The notes: generated by a model not told the origin, from the sequence alone. A stretch of 64,000 nt of DNA from an uncultured bacterium (GCA_963978095.1 CAXBQP010000005.1:10521-74520), one strand, 5' to 3'; numbered from the stretch's first letter, positions 1-9,310 are shown. Program-made: numbers and translations.

Positions 1-133
1 GCGCCGAGATGAATCGAAGCGGCATCGCGTCCGCGGTGCTGCTGATGGCCACGAGCGTCGCCGCCGCCATGGCCGCGTCGCGCAGGAAGGCCCGGCGCCC
101 CACTTCACATCCGTTGCAGTTCTCGTCGCTCAT
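1..133 (-). CDS. Partial (N-terminus only) Tat-signal protein, probably a Rieske (2Fe-2S) protein
   Basis: Not in the ORF track. Read by hand from ATG 133: MSDENCNGCEVGRRAFLRDAAMAAATLVAISSTADAMPLRFISA..., open to the window edge. It has CxxC followed by an RRxFL twin-arginine motif, the same layout as the neighbouring Rieske genes. The Rieske domain itself lies outside the window. Confidence 0.6.
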   Translation of the reverse strand, partial: MSDENCNGCEVGRRAFLRDAAMAAATLVAISSTADAMPLRFISA

Positions 134-151
134 GAGTGTCGGAGGAATTGT

Positions 152-652
152 TCAGGCAGCGCTCGTTAGTGCGACGCCCACCAGTGCGGTCCACAGCCAC
201 AGCGTCAGGCTCGCGCGCGCGCCGAACGCAAAACGGTTCCACAGCGGGTTTCCGGTGGACGGATTCTTGGCCAGCGCTTGCTCGGTCTTCTGCACCAGGA
301 GGCCGTTCGCCATCAGCAGCACGAATGAGCCAATCTTCAGGTAGTACACCGGGGAGGCCAGGAATGTGCCGGCGTCCGACAACATCAGCAGCACGCCCGA
401 GATCACGACCAGCGTCAACGCGATGAGCACCGGCCGGTGAATGGACGAGAAATCGACCAGCACGCGTCGGCGGTCGTCATCCGTCCCTTTCATGGCGCGG
501 AGCGCGGCACGATCCGAGGCCATCGCGAAGCCGCCGCCGACCATGATGCCCGCGATGTGCACGAAGGTCACCGCCGTGGAAACCGGCTTGGAGTGTCCGT
601 AGAGATCCGCCCATGGTTTGGCGAGTTCGACCACCGTTTCAATGACTGACAT
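152..652 (-). CDS. 4-TM membrane protein (DUF6644/DUF2214-like)
   Basis: Four hydrophobic helices, with His in FVHIAG and SIHRP, and 'SGVLLMLSDAGTFLASPVYYLKI'. The likely start is ATG 652 (MSVIETVV). Confidence 0.7.
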   Translation of the reverse strand: MSVIETVVELAKPWADLYGHSKPVSTAVTFVHIAGIMVGGGFAMASDRAALRAMKGTDDDRRRVLVDFSSIHRPVLIALTLVVISGVLLMLSDAGTFLASPVYYLKIGSFVLLMANGLLVQKTEQALAKNPSTGNPLWNRFAFGARASLTLWLWTALVGVALTSAA

Positions 653-805
653 CCGGATCTCCCGATTCAAGCGTCAATCGGCGCAACGGGCGCCGATTCT
701 TATCGTTGTCCAACGTCGAGAATCTAACGGCGCGCCCCATGGAATACACGGTGGGGGAACCGGTCGTGGGGTGTCGGAAGCCCACGGAATGAAGCCGCTG
801 GGGCG

Positions 806-1684
806 TCAGCCGTCGCCGCGTCCTCCGCTGCCGGTCGAGCTACCCGAGACCGTGATGGTGACGGTCCCCTTGGCGCTATCATAGACATTCGACAACGCGG
901 TGAGTGCGGACGTCGATTGCCCGCCGGTCCAGCTCCCCGTCGCCGAGAAACGGGCCCCGTGGTTCGGGCAATAGAACGTACCGCTGGTGATCTGCACCGT
1001 GGTCCCTTGATGCGGACACACCATGGAGAGCGCCGTGAACGCGGTGGCGCTCGTGCGGACCAGCGCCACCGGTGTGCCCGTTCCCCCGTCGACGCGGGCA
1101 ATGCCGCCGACCGTCGCCAAGGCGGGGAACGCGCTCAACGTGACCACCAAGGTACTGCTCGTGGTGGGCGTGGTGGGGTTGGTGACCGGGGTACCGGCGA
1201 TGGTCAGGAGCCCCGTGGTCGCGTCGTATTGCGTGGTGTAGCTCACCAGATTCCCGGTGATCTGCCCGCCGGTCCACGTCCCCGACGTGTTGAACGCGGC
1301 GCCATGGTTGGGGCAGGTGAAGCCGTTGGCGGTCACCGTCAGGGTTGTCCCCTGATGCGGGCAGACCAGCGAAAATGCCGAGTAGGTGGCCGTTCCCGTG
1401 CGCACGACGGCGAGCGGTGCGCCCGTGCCGTTGTCCACGCGAGCGACGCCACCCACGACATTCAGTGCCGGAAAGTTCGAGACCTTCACGCCCACGCCGG
1501 CCCCGAGGGTCAAACTGCCTGGGGCGACGGCGTCCCACACCCCTGTGCCGCAGGCATCCGCGAGCAACGCCGCGACGACGGCGAGCGTCCCCTGCGAAAC
1601 GAAGGTACGGCGGTCGACGCCGCCGCGCCCGCATGGGCACCCCCCTCCGCAGCCGCTGGCGTCCCCTGCCGGTCGCGTCGACAC
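806..1684 (-). CDS. Tandem two-domain Rieske (2Fe-2S) Tat lipoprotein
   Basis: Two copies of CPHQG...CPNHGA, an RRTFV Tat motif and an LADAC lipobox. The start is probably GTG 1684, just after the upstream stop; the ORF track gives 1726. Confidence 0.85.
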   Translation of the reverse strand: MSTRPAGDASGCGGGCPCGRGGVDRRTFVSQGTLAVVAALLADACGTGVWDAVAPGSLTLGAGVGVKVSNFPALNVVGGVARVDNGTGAPLAVVRTGTATYSAFSLVCPHQGTTLTVTANGFTCPNHGAAFNTSGTWTGGQITGNLVSYTTQYDATTGLLTIAGTPVTNPTTPTTSSTLVVTLSAFPALATVGGIARVDGGTGTPVALVRTSATAFTALSMVCPHQGTTVQITSGTFYCPNHGARFSATGSWTGGQSTSALTALSNVYDSAKGTVTITVSGSSTGSGGRGDG

Positions 1685-1689
1685 GTGCG

Positions 1690-2340
1690 TCAGTCCTGGC
1701 GGAATGGCTTGAGCATCATCACCCACGACGCCACGGCCAACGATCCGGAGATGATCGCAGCCGACTTGTGGCGGTCACGCGCATCACCGCTCTGCTTGGC
1801 CTGCCCCGAGATCGTCCCGACATAGGTGAAGCCCGCGTCGGCCAGCAGCATCAACACCGAATGGGTGGTGCGCCATCCGCGCCCCGATGGATCCGCACGT
1901 CCCTCCCACCAGTTCCACGCCCCGGTCACCGTGTTGGTCGCGAAGAGCGCCGCCACACCGGTCGCCAGAATGGGGTGCGTCGTCTTCACCCATTGCGGCG
2001 CATCGGTCCCCTTCTGAATCAACGTCGTACCGGTCACATACTGCCCGACGAACAACGGCAGCATGGCCCAACTGGCGTACTTGTGAATCTGCAATCGAGT
2101 CTCGTACCAGTCGCTGTACTCGATGGCGACAGCCTTCTTCTTCGGCTTCGTGGTGTCGCTGGCGATGTCCACCTGGAGGGGCGTCGCCATCACGGGAACA
2201 GCCGTCGCACTGACGCTGGGCTCGACGCGCGGAGCCCCGACCGCCGCAAACAGGGGACGAGCCGTCGCATCAACGCGAAGCGCGGGGACGGTGTCGGTCA
2301 CTTGCACCAGCACGGCGAGAACCAGATGAAGCATGTCCAT
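1690..2340 (-). CDS. Membrane protein with 4 TM helices and 4 His (putative di-heme cytochrome b-like)
   Basis: A signal-like N-terminus is followed by helices that each begin near a His: QIHKY, TTHPI, TTHSV, DRHKS. Confidence 0.6.
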   Translation of the reverse strand: MDMLHLVLAVLVQVTDTVPALRVDATARPLFAAVGAPRVEPSVSATAVPVMATPLQVDIASDTTKPKKKAVAIEYSDWYETRLQIHKYASWAMLPLFVGQYVTGTTLIQKGTDAPQWVKTTHPILATGVAALFATNTVTGAWNWWEGRADPSGRGWRTTHSVLMLLADAGFTYVGTISGQAKQSGDARDRHKSAAIISGSLAVASWVMMLKPFRQD

Positions 2341-2417
2341 CTCTGGAGAAAGGGTGTACCGCCCTGCGTCGGTACCGCTGCGTGCCGCCGCGTCGTCGCA
2401 GCCGTACGTTCAAGTAG

Positions 2418-2446
2418 ATTATACACCAGCGTGATCGTTTCGGCAG
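2418..2446 (-). promoter_or_regulatory. Putative sigma70 promoter of the cytochrome b/Rieske operon
   Basis: Perfect TATAAT on the minus strand at 2423-2418, with a weak -35 (CTGCCG) 17 nt upstream. Confidence 0.35.
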
Positions 2447-2544
2447 GGGACCAGCCGTCGATCCCTACAACGGTCGCGTCACATCCGCCTCGTGCATCGC
2501 GGCCAGAGCCTCCGCCCCCGGTTCCGCCGCGCCATCTCACCATC

Positions 2545-4473
2545 GTGACTCTCCTCTCCCTCTCCAGCGTCGGCATCGAATTCGGCGCGACCCCCCTGCT
2601 GGACGGCGTGTCCTTCACGGTCGCCAAAGGAGAGCGATGGGGGATCGTCGGCCGCAACGGGTGCGGCAAGACCTCGATCTTCAAGGTCATCACGGGGGCC
2701 CTCACTCCGACCGCGGGAAGCGTGGCCCGCATGCCGGGATTGCGGGTCTCGCTCCTCGACCAGCACCGCGACTTCGGCGACGCGACCACGGTCTGGGCCG
2801 CCGCCGCCCGGCCGTACGCCGACGTGATGCAGCTCGAGATCACCCTCGCCGACACGGCGCAGAGGCTCGCCGAACTCGGCGAACACGCCCCGGAGGCGCT
2901 GCTGGAGCAGTACGGGCGGGACATGGAACGATTCGCCCACGAAGGGGGCTACACGTTTCACGCGCGCGTCGATGCGGTGCTGCAGGGACTGGGTTTCGAT
3001 GCCCATGCCGCCAAGACACAACTCGTCAAGACGCTGAGTGGAGGCGAACGCGGCCGACTGGGGCTTGCCGCACAACTCGTGTCCCCCGCCGACCTCCTCC
3101 TCCTCGACGAACCGACCAACCACCTGGACCTCGAGACCACCACGTGGCTGCAGGAGTACCTGCGCGAGCTCGACGAGACGGTGATCGTGATCAGTCACGA
3201 CCGCGCGTTCCTCGACGACGTCGTCGACCATGTGCTGCATCTTGAAGGCAAGACAGGCTACACCTATCGCGGTGGCTACTCCCAGTTCGTCCTGCAGCGG
3301 GCGGAACGGCGACTCGCCCAGGAGCGGCAGGTCGAGCAGCAGCGCAAAATGATCGCGAAGGAAGAGGACTACATCCGGCGCAACATCGCGGGCCAGAACA
3401 CCGCCCAAGCCAAGGGGCGCCGCAAGCGGCTGGATCGCCTCCCGCGTCTCACCCCGCCCCCCGGTGAGAGCGGAGTGATGGTCCTCCGGCTGGAGTCCGA
3501 CGATCGGGGGGGCGACCGCGTGATCGTCGCCGAGCAACTCGCCATCCGCATGGGCGACCGCACGCTCGTGCAGGGCTTCAGCGCCACCGCCAACCGTGGC
3601 GACGTGATCGCGCTCGTCGGCCCCAATGGCGCGGGCAAGTCGACATTCATCAAGACCCTCATCGGCGAGCGCGCCCCCACGGCGGGAGAGGTGAAGCTCG
3701 GTGGCTCCATCAACGCCGCGTACTTCCGCCAGGATCTCGACCAACTCCCACTCGACCAGTCGCTCTATGACGTCATCAACGACCTGCGACCACTCTGGAC
3801 CCGTGGCGCCATCCAGAATCATCTCGGGATGTTCGGGTTCTCGGGTGACGAAGTCTTCCGCTCCACCCGCTCCCTTTCCGGGGGCGAGCGGGCCCGCCTC
3901 GCGATGGGGATCATCGTGCTGCAGCGCGCCAATCTCCTGATCCTCGACGAACCCACGAACCATCTCGACGTGGAATCGATCGAAGCGCTCGAGGACGCGA
4001 TCGATGACTACGACGGATCAGTGCTCCTCGTCTCGCACGACCGCGCGTTGCTGCGCGAACTGGCGACACGCGTCTGGGCCTTCAACGGCAACGCGTTGAT
4101 CGACTACGGGGGCACCTTCGCCGAGTGGGAACGCGAGCGCCAGTCGACGGTGCTCGCCGAACGCGCGGCGGCGGCGCTGGCGAACGATGCGCGCAAGGAA
4201 CAGGAGAAGGCCAAGGCCAGGCAGAACGCCGCCGCACAGCAGCAGGATCATGCCGCGCGTCGCGAGTCCAAGCGCGCCCTCGACAAGGCGGAACAGGCGG
4301 TGGCAGCGGCCGAGGACACGGTGGCCGCCATCCGGCGCGAACTCGAGGATCCGGCGCTGTACGACGGCAGCGGCGCGAATGCGAAGCGCGCCGGCCTGCT
4401 CGACAAGCAGTTGGCCGACGCGCTCAAGACGCTCGACGCCGCGTTCGCGCGCTGGGCGGAGCTGGACGGATGA
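2545..4473 (+). CDS. ABC-F family ATP-binding protein
   Basis: Two ABC domains (GRNGCGKT/LSGGE/LLLDEPTNHLD and GPNGAGKS/LSGGE/LILDEPTNHLD), no TM segments, and a C-terminal coiled coil. Start GTG 2545. Confidence 0.92.
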   Translation: MTLLSLSSVGIEFGATPLLDGVSFTVAKGERWGIVGRNGCGKTSIFKVITGALTPTAGSVARMPGLRVSLLDQHRDFGDATTVWAAAARPYADVMQLEITLADTAQRLAELGEHAPEALLEQYGRDMERFAHEGGYTFHARVDAVLQGLGFDAHAAKTQLVKTLSGGERGRLGLAAQLVSPADLLLLDEPTNHLDLETTTWLQEYLRELDETVIVISHDRAFLDDVVDHVLHLEGKTGYTYRGGYSQFVLQRAERRLAQERQVEQQRKMIAKEEDYIRRNIAGQNTAQAKGRRKRLDRLPRLTPPPGESGVMVLRLESDDRGGDRVIVAEQLAIRMGDRTLVQGFSATANRGDVIALVGPNGAGKSTFIKTLIGERAPTAGEVKLGGSINAAYFRQDLDQLPLDQSLYDVINDLRPLWTRGAIQNHLGMFGFSGDEVFRSTRSLSGGERARLAMGIIVLQRANLLILDEPTNHLDVESIEALEDAIDDYDGSVLLVSHDRALLRELATRVWAFNGNALIDYGGTFAEWERERQSTVLAERAAAALANDARKEQEKAKARQNAAAQQQDHAARRESKRALDKAEQAVAAAEDTVAAIRRELEDPALYDGSGANAKRAGLLDKQLADALKTLDAAFARWAELDG

Positions 4474-4534
4474 ACAACGCGAGCACGGTCATCCGACCGG
4501 GCCCGCGTCACACCGGCACTACCGCCGGATCACG

Positions 4535-5047
4535 TCAGGGACGGCTGACGCGCACCGTGCCAGCCGCCGCATCATATGTCGTGCCGAAAGACACGAGATT
4601 CGAGGCGCGCGTCTGGCTCGTCACCCAGTTCCCGCTCGTGTCGAACTTCGCCCCGTGATTGGGGCAGGTGAAGCCTCCGGAGGTGATGCCGATCGTCGTC
4701 CCCTCATGCGTGCAGACCATGGACAGCGCCACGAAGCTGCTCGTCCCCGTGCGCACGAGCGCCACCGGGCTCCCGGATCCGCCATCCACGCGAGCCACGC
4801 CACCAACACTCGCCAACGCCGAGAAGTTCGCGAGCGATACCGTGAAAGCACCGCCGCTTCCGCCCGGACCGCTCAGGCCGCCGGTCGCACCACACGCCTC
4901 GAGCATCGCCGCCACCGTCGCCAGCGTGGCCGCGGACACGAACGTCCTGCGACTCACGCCATTCCGCTTGGCGGCCAAGGCATCGCACAGCGCGGCACAG
5001 GCAGGTACCTCGGAGAGCACAGCGGGATTCACGGGTGTCGCGTCCAT
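4535..5047 (-). CDS. Single-domain Rieske (2Fe-2S) Tat lipoprotein
   Basis: CTHEG...CPNHGA, SRRTFV Tat motif and MLEAC lipobox. It closely resembles each domain of 806-1684. Confidence 0.85.
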   Translation of the reverse strand: MDATPVNPAVLSEVPACAALCDALAAKRNGVSRRTFVSAATLATVAAMLEACGATGGLSGPGGSGGAFTVSLANFSALASVGGVARVDGGSGSPVALVRTGTSSFVALSMVCTHEGTTIGITSGGFTCPNHGAKFDTSGNWVTSQTRASNLVSFGTTYDAAAGTVRVSRP

Positions 5048-5177
5048 GAGAAGGTCAATCCTGTCTGAGAGGTGAGGGCAGATCCGCACGGCGTGCCGCG
5101 GCGCGCGGGACCGGAGACTCCAGAGGCGCCGCAGGCTGCGTTCTTCAACCCCGCCGCGGTCAAAAGGTTCGCGAACC

Positions 5178-5651
5178 CTACTCCGCTTCCGGACGCAACT
5201 TGCGGTACGCGGCGATCGCCTGTCGCATGGCGAGCAAGGAGGACGCCTGCAACTCGAACTCCACCTGCACCTGCTGGAGCTGTTCCGGCGTGTGCTTGCC
5301 GAGCCGACGCACGAGCGTCGCCGGCAGGTCATGGCGGCGCACCGTGTCACGGCCCGCGTGCCACAGACTGTTGGCGGTGCGCCACAGCGTCTCGTCCAGC
5401 GCGCCCTTTCCCTGCGATGCCGCCCGCTCATAGCCATCGGCGCAGACGGTCAGGTGGCCCACGGCGGCATCACACATCTGCGCCACGTGCTTGAGCTCGT
5501 CATCGAGCCACCCTTTCGCGAGCAGGCGTCCCACCCGCTCGTGCTGGCGGGATGCTTCGACGGCCGCGCGCAACAGCGCATCGGCGACTTCGATCAGCGA
5601 CGGCGCGACGGCGACGTCGTCCTTGGCGGTGGACTGCTTGGCGGGGGGCAT
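5178..5651 (-). CDS. Hypothetical helical protein
   Basis: 157-aa ORF with coding-like composition, collinear with the minus-strand gene run. Confidence 0.65.
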   Translation of the reverse strand: MPPAKQSTAKDDVAVAPSLIEVADALLRAAVEASRQHERVGRLLAKGWLDDELKHVAQMCDAAVGHLTVCADGYERAASQGKGALDETLWRTANSLWHAGRDTVRRHDLPATLVRRLGKHTPEQLQQVQVEFELQASSLLAMRQAIAAYRKLRPEAE

Positions 5652-5731
5652 CGGTCCTAAGTGCGAGAGGTATCTGAACTATGACAGGGCCCGCATCCGG
5701 CGACAAGTCTGCCCCGCCCCGGTGGACCGCA

Positions 5732-6463
5732 TCAGCGCACTTCGCCGATCCGAAAATGCAGGGGCCATCGGACCTGACGCCGCACCGCCGGATTCCCCCA
5801 CCCCTCGAGCAACGCCTGTTCGAAGGTCAGCAACGCCTCCTCCCCCCGGGCCTCCACGTATCGCACCACCCCGGACCAGGTACGCACATACTGCCGAAAC
5901 ATCTCGTACGTCCAATCCTCGACCATGTCGAACGGGGGCGGCACGAACTCGTCGAGCGGGAGCGCAATCCCGCGATACCCGTCGTCGACCATCCGCCGCT
6001 CGGCTGGCCAGTATGAGCCGACCGTCACGCGATGGAACTGCTCCACCACGGCATCGAGCGGATCACTGAGCCGGCAGCGCGGATAACACCACGCCGCGAA
6101 CACGCCCCCGGGCACCATGGCGCGCCGGACCTCCCGCATCAGGAGCGTCACATCCATCCAGTGGAGCGCCTGGGCGACCGTCACCAATGCCACCGACCGG
6201 TCCGGCAGCCCGGAGTCATACGTGGCCACCGCATACCGCACGCGCGGGTTCGCGATGCCGTGGGAGATCATCTCCTCGCTGGGGTCGGTCGCGAGCACGC
6301 GCGCCCAGCGCTCGGCCACCCCGATCGCCGCCTGCCCATTGCCCGTACCGACGTCCCACGCACTGCGATTGTCGTTCGTGATCGTCGCGAGATAATGGAA
6401 CAACGCTCGCGGATACCGCGGCCGGAATTTCGAATACGCCAGCGCGCGCGGACGATCCGTCAC
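5732..6463 (-). CDS. Class I SAM-dependent methyltransferase
   Basis: YSKFRPRYP, WDVGTGNGQAA, VTVAQALHW. Confidence 0.9.
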   Translation of the reverse strand: MTDRPRALAYSKFRPRYPRALFHYLATITNDNRSAWDVGTGNGQAAIGVAERWARVLATDPSEEMISHGIANPRVRYAVATYDSGLPDRSVALVTVAQALHWMDVTLLMREVRRAMVPGGVFAAWCYPRCRLSDPLDAVVEQFHRVTVGSYWPAERRMVDDGYRGIALPLDEFVPPPFDMVEDWTYEMFRQYVRTWSGVVRYVEARGEEALLTFEQALLEGWGNPAVRRQVRWPLHFRIGEVR

Positions 6464-7062
6464 GACGCGCCGGAACCGGGTGTGCCCGACGGCAGAGCCG
6501 CCAACCGCTGCTCGATCGCGGCAAGACGCGCGATCACCTCACGATGCTGTTGCGTGGCGGTGCCTGGCTCGTGCAAGACGAAACTCAGCGAACCGCTCAC
6601 TTCCAACTGCGCGCTCTCCACCGCGTGCAGATGATCGATCCCCTGCTTGCGGGCGGCGGTCTCCAGCTCGTCCCGCGTGATCATGTTCCGACGCAACGCT
6701 GCGCGCAGCACCTTCCCGTCCCGGATCAACTCCTCCGGTCGTCCCTCGATCACGCGCCGGGCCCTGGGATGGCGGAACACGAAACGCACCAACCCCTCGT
6801 TCACCACGAACAGCACGGCGGCGCCGAGCAAGCCCCCAGCCAATGAGTTGTCGTTGCCGATGATCGCATTCTGGACGGTATTCGACAACAGCAACAGCAC
6901 GATGAAGTCGAGGGGATTCAACTGCCCCAGCTCCCGCTTGCCGAAGACTCGAAGCCCCGCCACCAGGAAGGCGTACACGGCAATCGTACGGGCCACCTTC
7001 TCCACCACGGGAATGCCGGTCACCATCATGTCCTGCCATACGCTCTGCATCAGGGCCTCCAT
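6460..7062 (-). CDS. DUF421/YetF family membrane protein
   Basis: GKRELGQLNPLDFIVLLLLSNTVQNA and LEVSGSLSF. Confidence 0.88.
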   Translation of the reverse strand: MEALMQSVWQDMMVTGIPVVEKVARTIAVYAFLVAGLRVFGKRELGQLNPLDFIVLLLLSNTVQNAIIGNDNSLAGGLLGAAVLFVVNEGLVRFVFRHPRARRVIEGRPEELIRDGKVLRAALRRNMITRDELETAARKQGIDHLHAVESAQLEVSGSLSFVLHEPGTATQQHREVIARLAAIEQRLAALPSGTPGSGAS

Positions 7063-7077
7063 CGTTGAACCGCGAGA

Positions 7078-8433
7078 CTATTCCGCAGCCAACACCTCGC
7101 CGCGGCACTCGCCAAAGCCGATGCGCACCGCGCCGTCGCGCTCGCACCACCCACGAAACGTCACGACATCGCCATCCGCCAGGAAGGCCCGGGTCTCCCC
7201 GCTCGGCAACACCACCGGCGTCCTGCCGCGCATCGTGAGCTCCATCATCGACCCCCGTTCCGTCGCCCCCGGTCCACTGACCGTACCGCTCCCGAGCAAA
7301 TCGCCGGGACGCAGATTGCAGCCGTTCGAGGCATGGTGCGTGAGCATCTGCGCGAAGGTCCAGTACATGCTGCGAAAATCCGCGCCACACACTTGGGTCG
7401 CCGGTATCCCGGTCGCGCGCATCGCCGCGCTCTGCAGCCAGACCTCCAATCGGATATCGAAGGCACCGCGGGCCACATCGTCCACATCGGACAAATACGG
7501 CAGCGGCGCAGGGTCGCCCGCCGGACGTGCATAGGACGCGCAACGAAACGGCGCGAGGGCGTCGAGCGTGACCACCCAGGGCGATACCGACGTCGTGAAA
7601 CTCTTGGCCAAGAACGGACCGAGCGGCTGGTACTCCCACCCTTGCACATCGCGCGCCGACCAGTCATTCAGCAGGCAGATGCCGAACAGCCGCGACTCGG
7701 CCCGGGCGATCGGGACCGTCTGCCCGAGCGCCTGCTCCCCACACACGTAGGCGCCGAGTTCGAGTTCGTAATCCAGACTGCGCGTCGGTGCGACGAACGG
7801 ATCCGCTGCAGGATCAGGACGCAACTGCCCCGACGGTCGGCGCACCGCGACACCGCTGGGCACAACACTCGACGCCCGCCCGTGATAGCCGATCGGAATC
7901 CATTTGTAGTTCGGCATCAGCGGCTGATCGGGCCGCAACATCACCCCGATGTTCGTCGCGTGATGGATCGAGGCATAGAAATCCGTGTAATCACCGATCT
8001 GCGCCGGAAGCACCATGGTGGCCTCCGCCATCGGGACCAACAACTGCCCGCGCATCCGCGCAGCGCGACCGGCCGCCTCGCCGCCGACGCGCAGCAGTCG
8101 ACTCGCCGCCCGTCGCACGACACGGGCACCATCGCGCCCGAGCGCCATCAAAGCGTTGAGCGTGGACTCTCCCAGCGCGGCGTGGACCGCGGCACGGCCA
8201 ACGTCGGGAATCTCGTCGAGCAGACCGGCACGCACTGCGGCCTGGGCATCGAGGATCTGATCCCCGATCGCAATGCCGATCCGCGCGGCATCGCGATCCG
8301 GAGCGCGAAACACGCCGAACGGAAGATTCTGGATGGGGAAATCGGTGGTCGGCTCGTTGGCGCCGTCCACCCATGACCGCAGGGTGGGATCGTGCGTCGC
8401 GTCGAGCATGGAGTCGTGGGACGAATCGGTCAC
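7078..8433 (-). CDS. fahA: Fumarylacetoacetase
   Basis: DFPIQNLPFG, GDYTDFYAS, PIGYHGRASS, LDYELELG, NDWSARDVQGWEYQPLGPF. Confidence 0.95.
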   Translation of the reverse strand: MTDSSHDSMLDATHDPTLRSWVDGANEPTTDFPIQNLPFGVFRAPDRDAARIGIAIGDQILDAQAAVRAGLLDEIPDVGRAAVHAALGESTLNALMALGRDGARVVRRAASRLLRVGGEAAGRAARMRGQLLVPMAEATMVLPAQIGDYTDFYASIHHATNIGVMLRPDQPLMPNYKWIPIGYHGRASSVVPSGVAVRRPSGQLRPDPAADPFVAPTRSLDYELELGAYVCGEQALGQTVPIARAESRLFGICLLNDWSARDVQGWEYQPLGPFLAKSFTTSVSPWVVTLDALAPFRCASYARPAGDPAPLPYLSDVDDVARGAFDIRLEVWLQSAAMRATGIPATQVCGADFRSMYWTFAQMLTHHASNGCNLRPGDLLGSGTVSGPGATERGSMMELTMRGRTPVVLPSGETRAFLADGDVVTFRGWCERDGAVRIGFGECRGEVLAAE

Positions 8434-9308
8434 AACATCGCCAGTTGCTTGAGGTCGTGGAGGGGTTCCTCGAACGAACAGGAACCAAAGGAGTTTGCAG
8501 CGTCAGCACGCGCACGCCGGATCTCCTCGACTGGCACGAACCAATCCCGCCAGCGGAAGCCGGCGTCATCCAGCTGGAATGCCGAGGGGGCGCGCTCCTC
8601 CAGCAGGTCCACGAGCTCGTGCGTGGACAGCCCTCGCGCCACGAGCATGGACGCACCGATCACATTCAGGAACCCGAACATCGTCCCCGACTCCGCGTGC
8701 GCATCGTACGTCAATCGATATTCGCCGCGCAGGGGATGGTGCAGACCCGCCGTCGCCTTGCATGGGATCCCCGCACGCCGGCACGATGACAAAAAGTGCG
8801 CAACGGCCGCCGCCGGAGGAAACGCCGCCGCGGTCACCCCACCCGTGCGGACTTTCGCCCGCAGTCCGTGGGCGGCGATCGCATCCACCAACGCGTCACA
8901 CGAATCATCCAGCGGAATCTCCACGTACACCAGTCGGTCCGGCCCGGTCAGACGCGTCAGCGCGGCCACCTCATCGACGGTCGCCGCTTTGGCTTCGACC
9001 GTGTCGATGATCGCCAGTCCGTGCTGCTCCCGATCGAACGCGTCGATCGCGGTCGCGTCCGGCGCGCCCGCGAGTACCGACAGCCGCCACGGCTCGCCAC
9101 TCGTGATGCATGAGGCCGCCTCCGCACGGAACTCGGCAAGTCGTCCGACGGGCACGACGAAGCGGCCGAGTGCCCACGCCTCGGCACCCGCGCGGTAGCG
9201 CGCGTACGCCTGCACGGCATCACGCATGCTGAGTGCCGCTGGCGGAAAGAGGCCGGCATAGTCGATCAGCCCCGCCAGCAGTTCGTCGATCGCACGAGGA
9301 CGTGGCAC
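8430..9308 (-). CDS. Conserved hypothetical protein coupled to fahA
   Basis: LIDYAGLFPPA, KVRTGG, KATAGLHHP, SFGSCSFEEP. Start GTG 9308; the stop overlaps the fahA start. Confidence 0.8.
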   Translation of the reverse strand: MPRPRAIDELLAGLIDYAGLFPPAALSMRDAVQAYARYRAGAEAWALGRFVVPVGRLAEFRAEAASCITSGEPWRLSVLAGAPDATAIDAFDREQHGLAIIDTVEAKAATVDEVAALTRLTGPDRLVYVEIPLDDSCDALVDAIAAHGLRAKVRTGGVTAAAFPPAAAVAHFLSSCRRAGIPCKATAGLHHPLRGEYRLTYDAHAESGTMFGFLNVIGASMLVARGLSTHELVDLLEERAPSAFQLDDAGFRWRDWFVPVEEIRRARADAANSFGSCSFEEPLHDLKQLAML

Positions 9309-9310
9309 TC

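Noticed and set aside
9..344. Plus-strand 111-aa ORF at the window start
   Set aside because: The minus strand gives more coherent genes here (the Tat protein start and the membrane protein).
1345..2544. 400-aa N-terminal extension of the ABC-F ORF
   Set aside because: It overlaps two real minus-strand genes. ABC-F similarity starts at GTG 2545.
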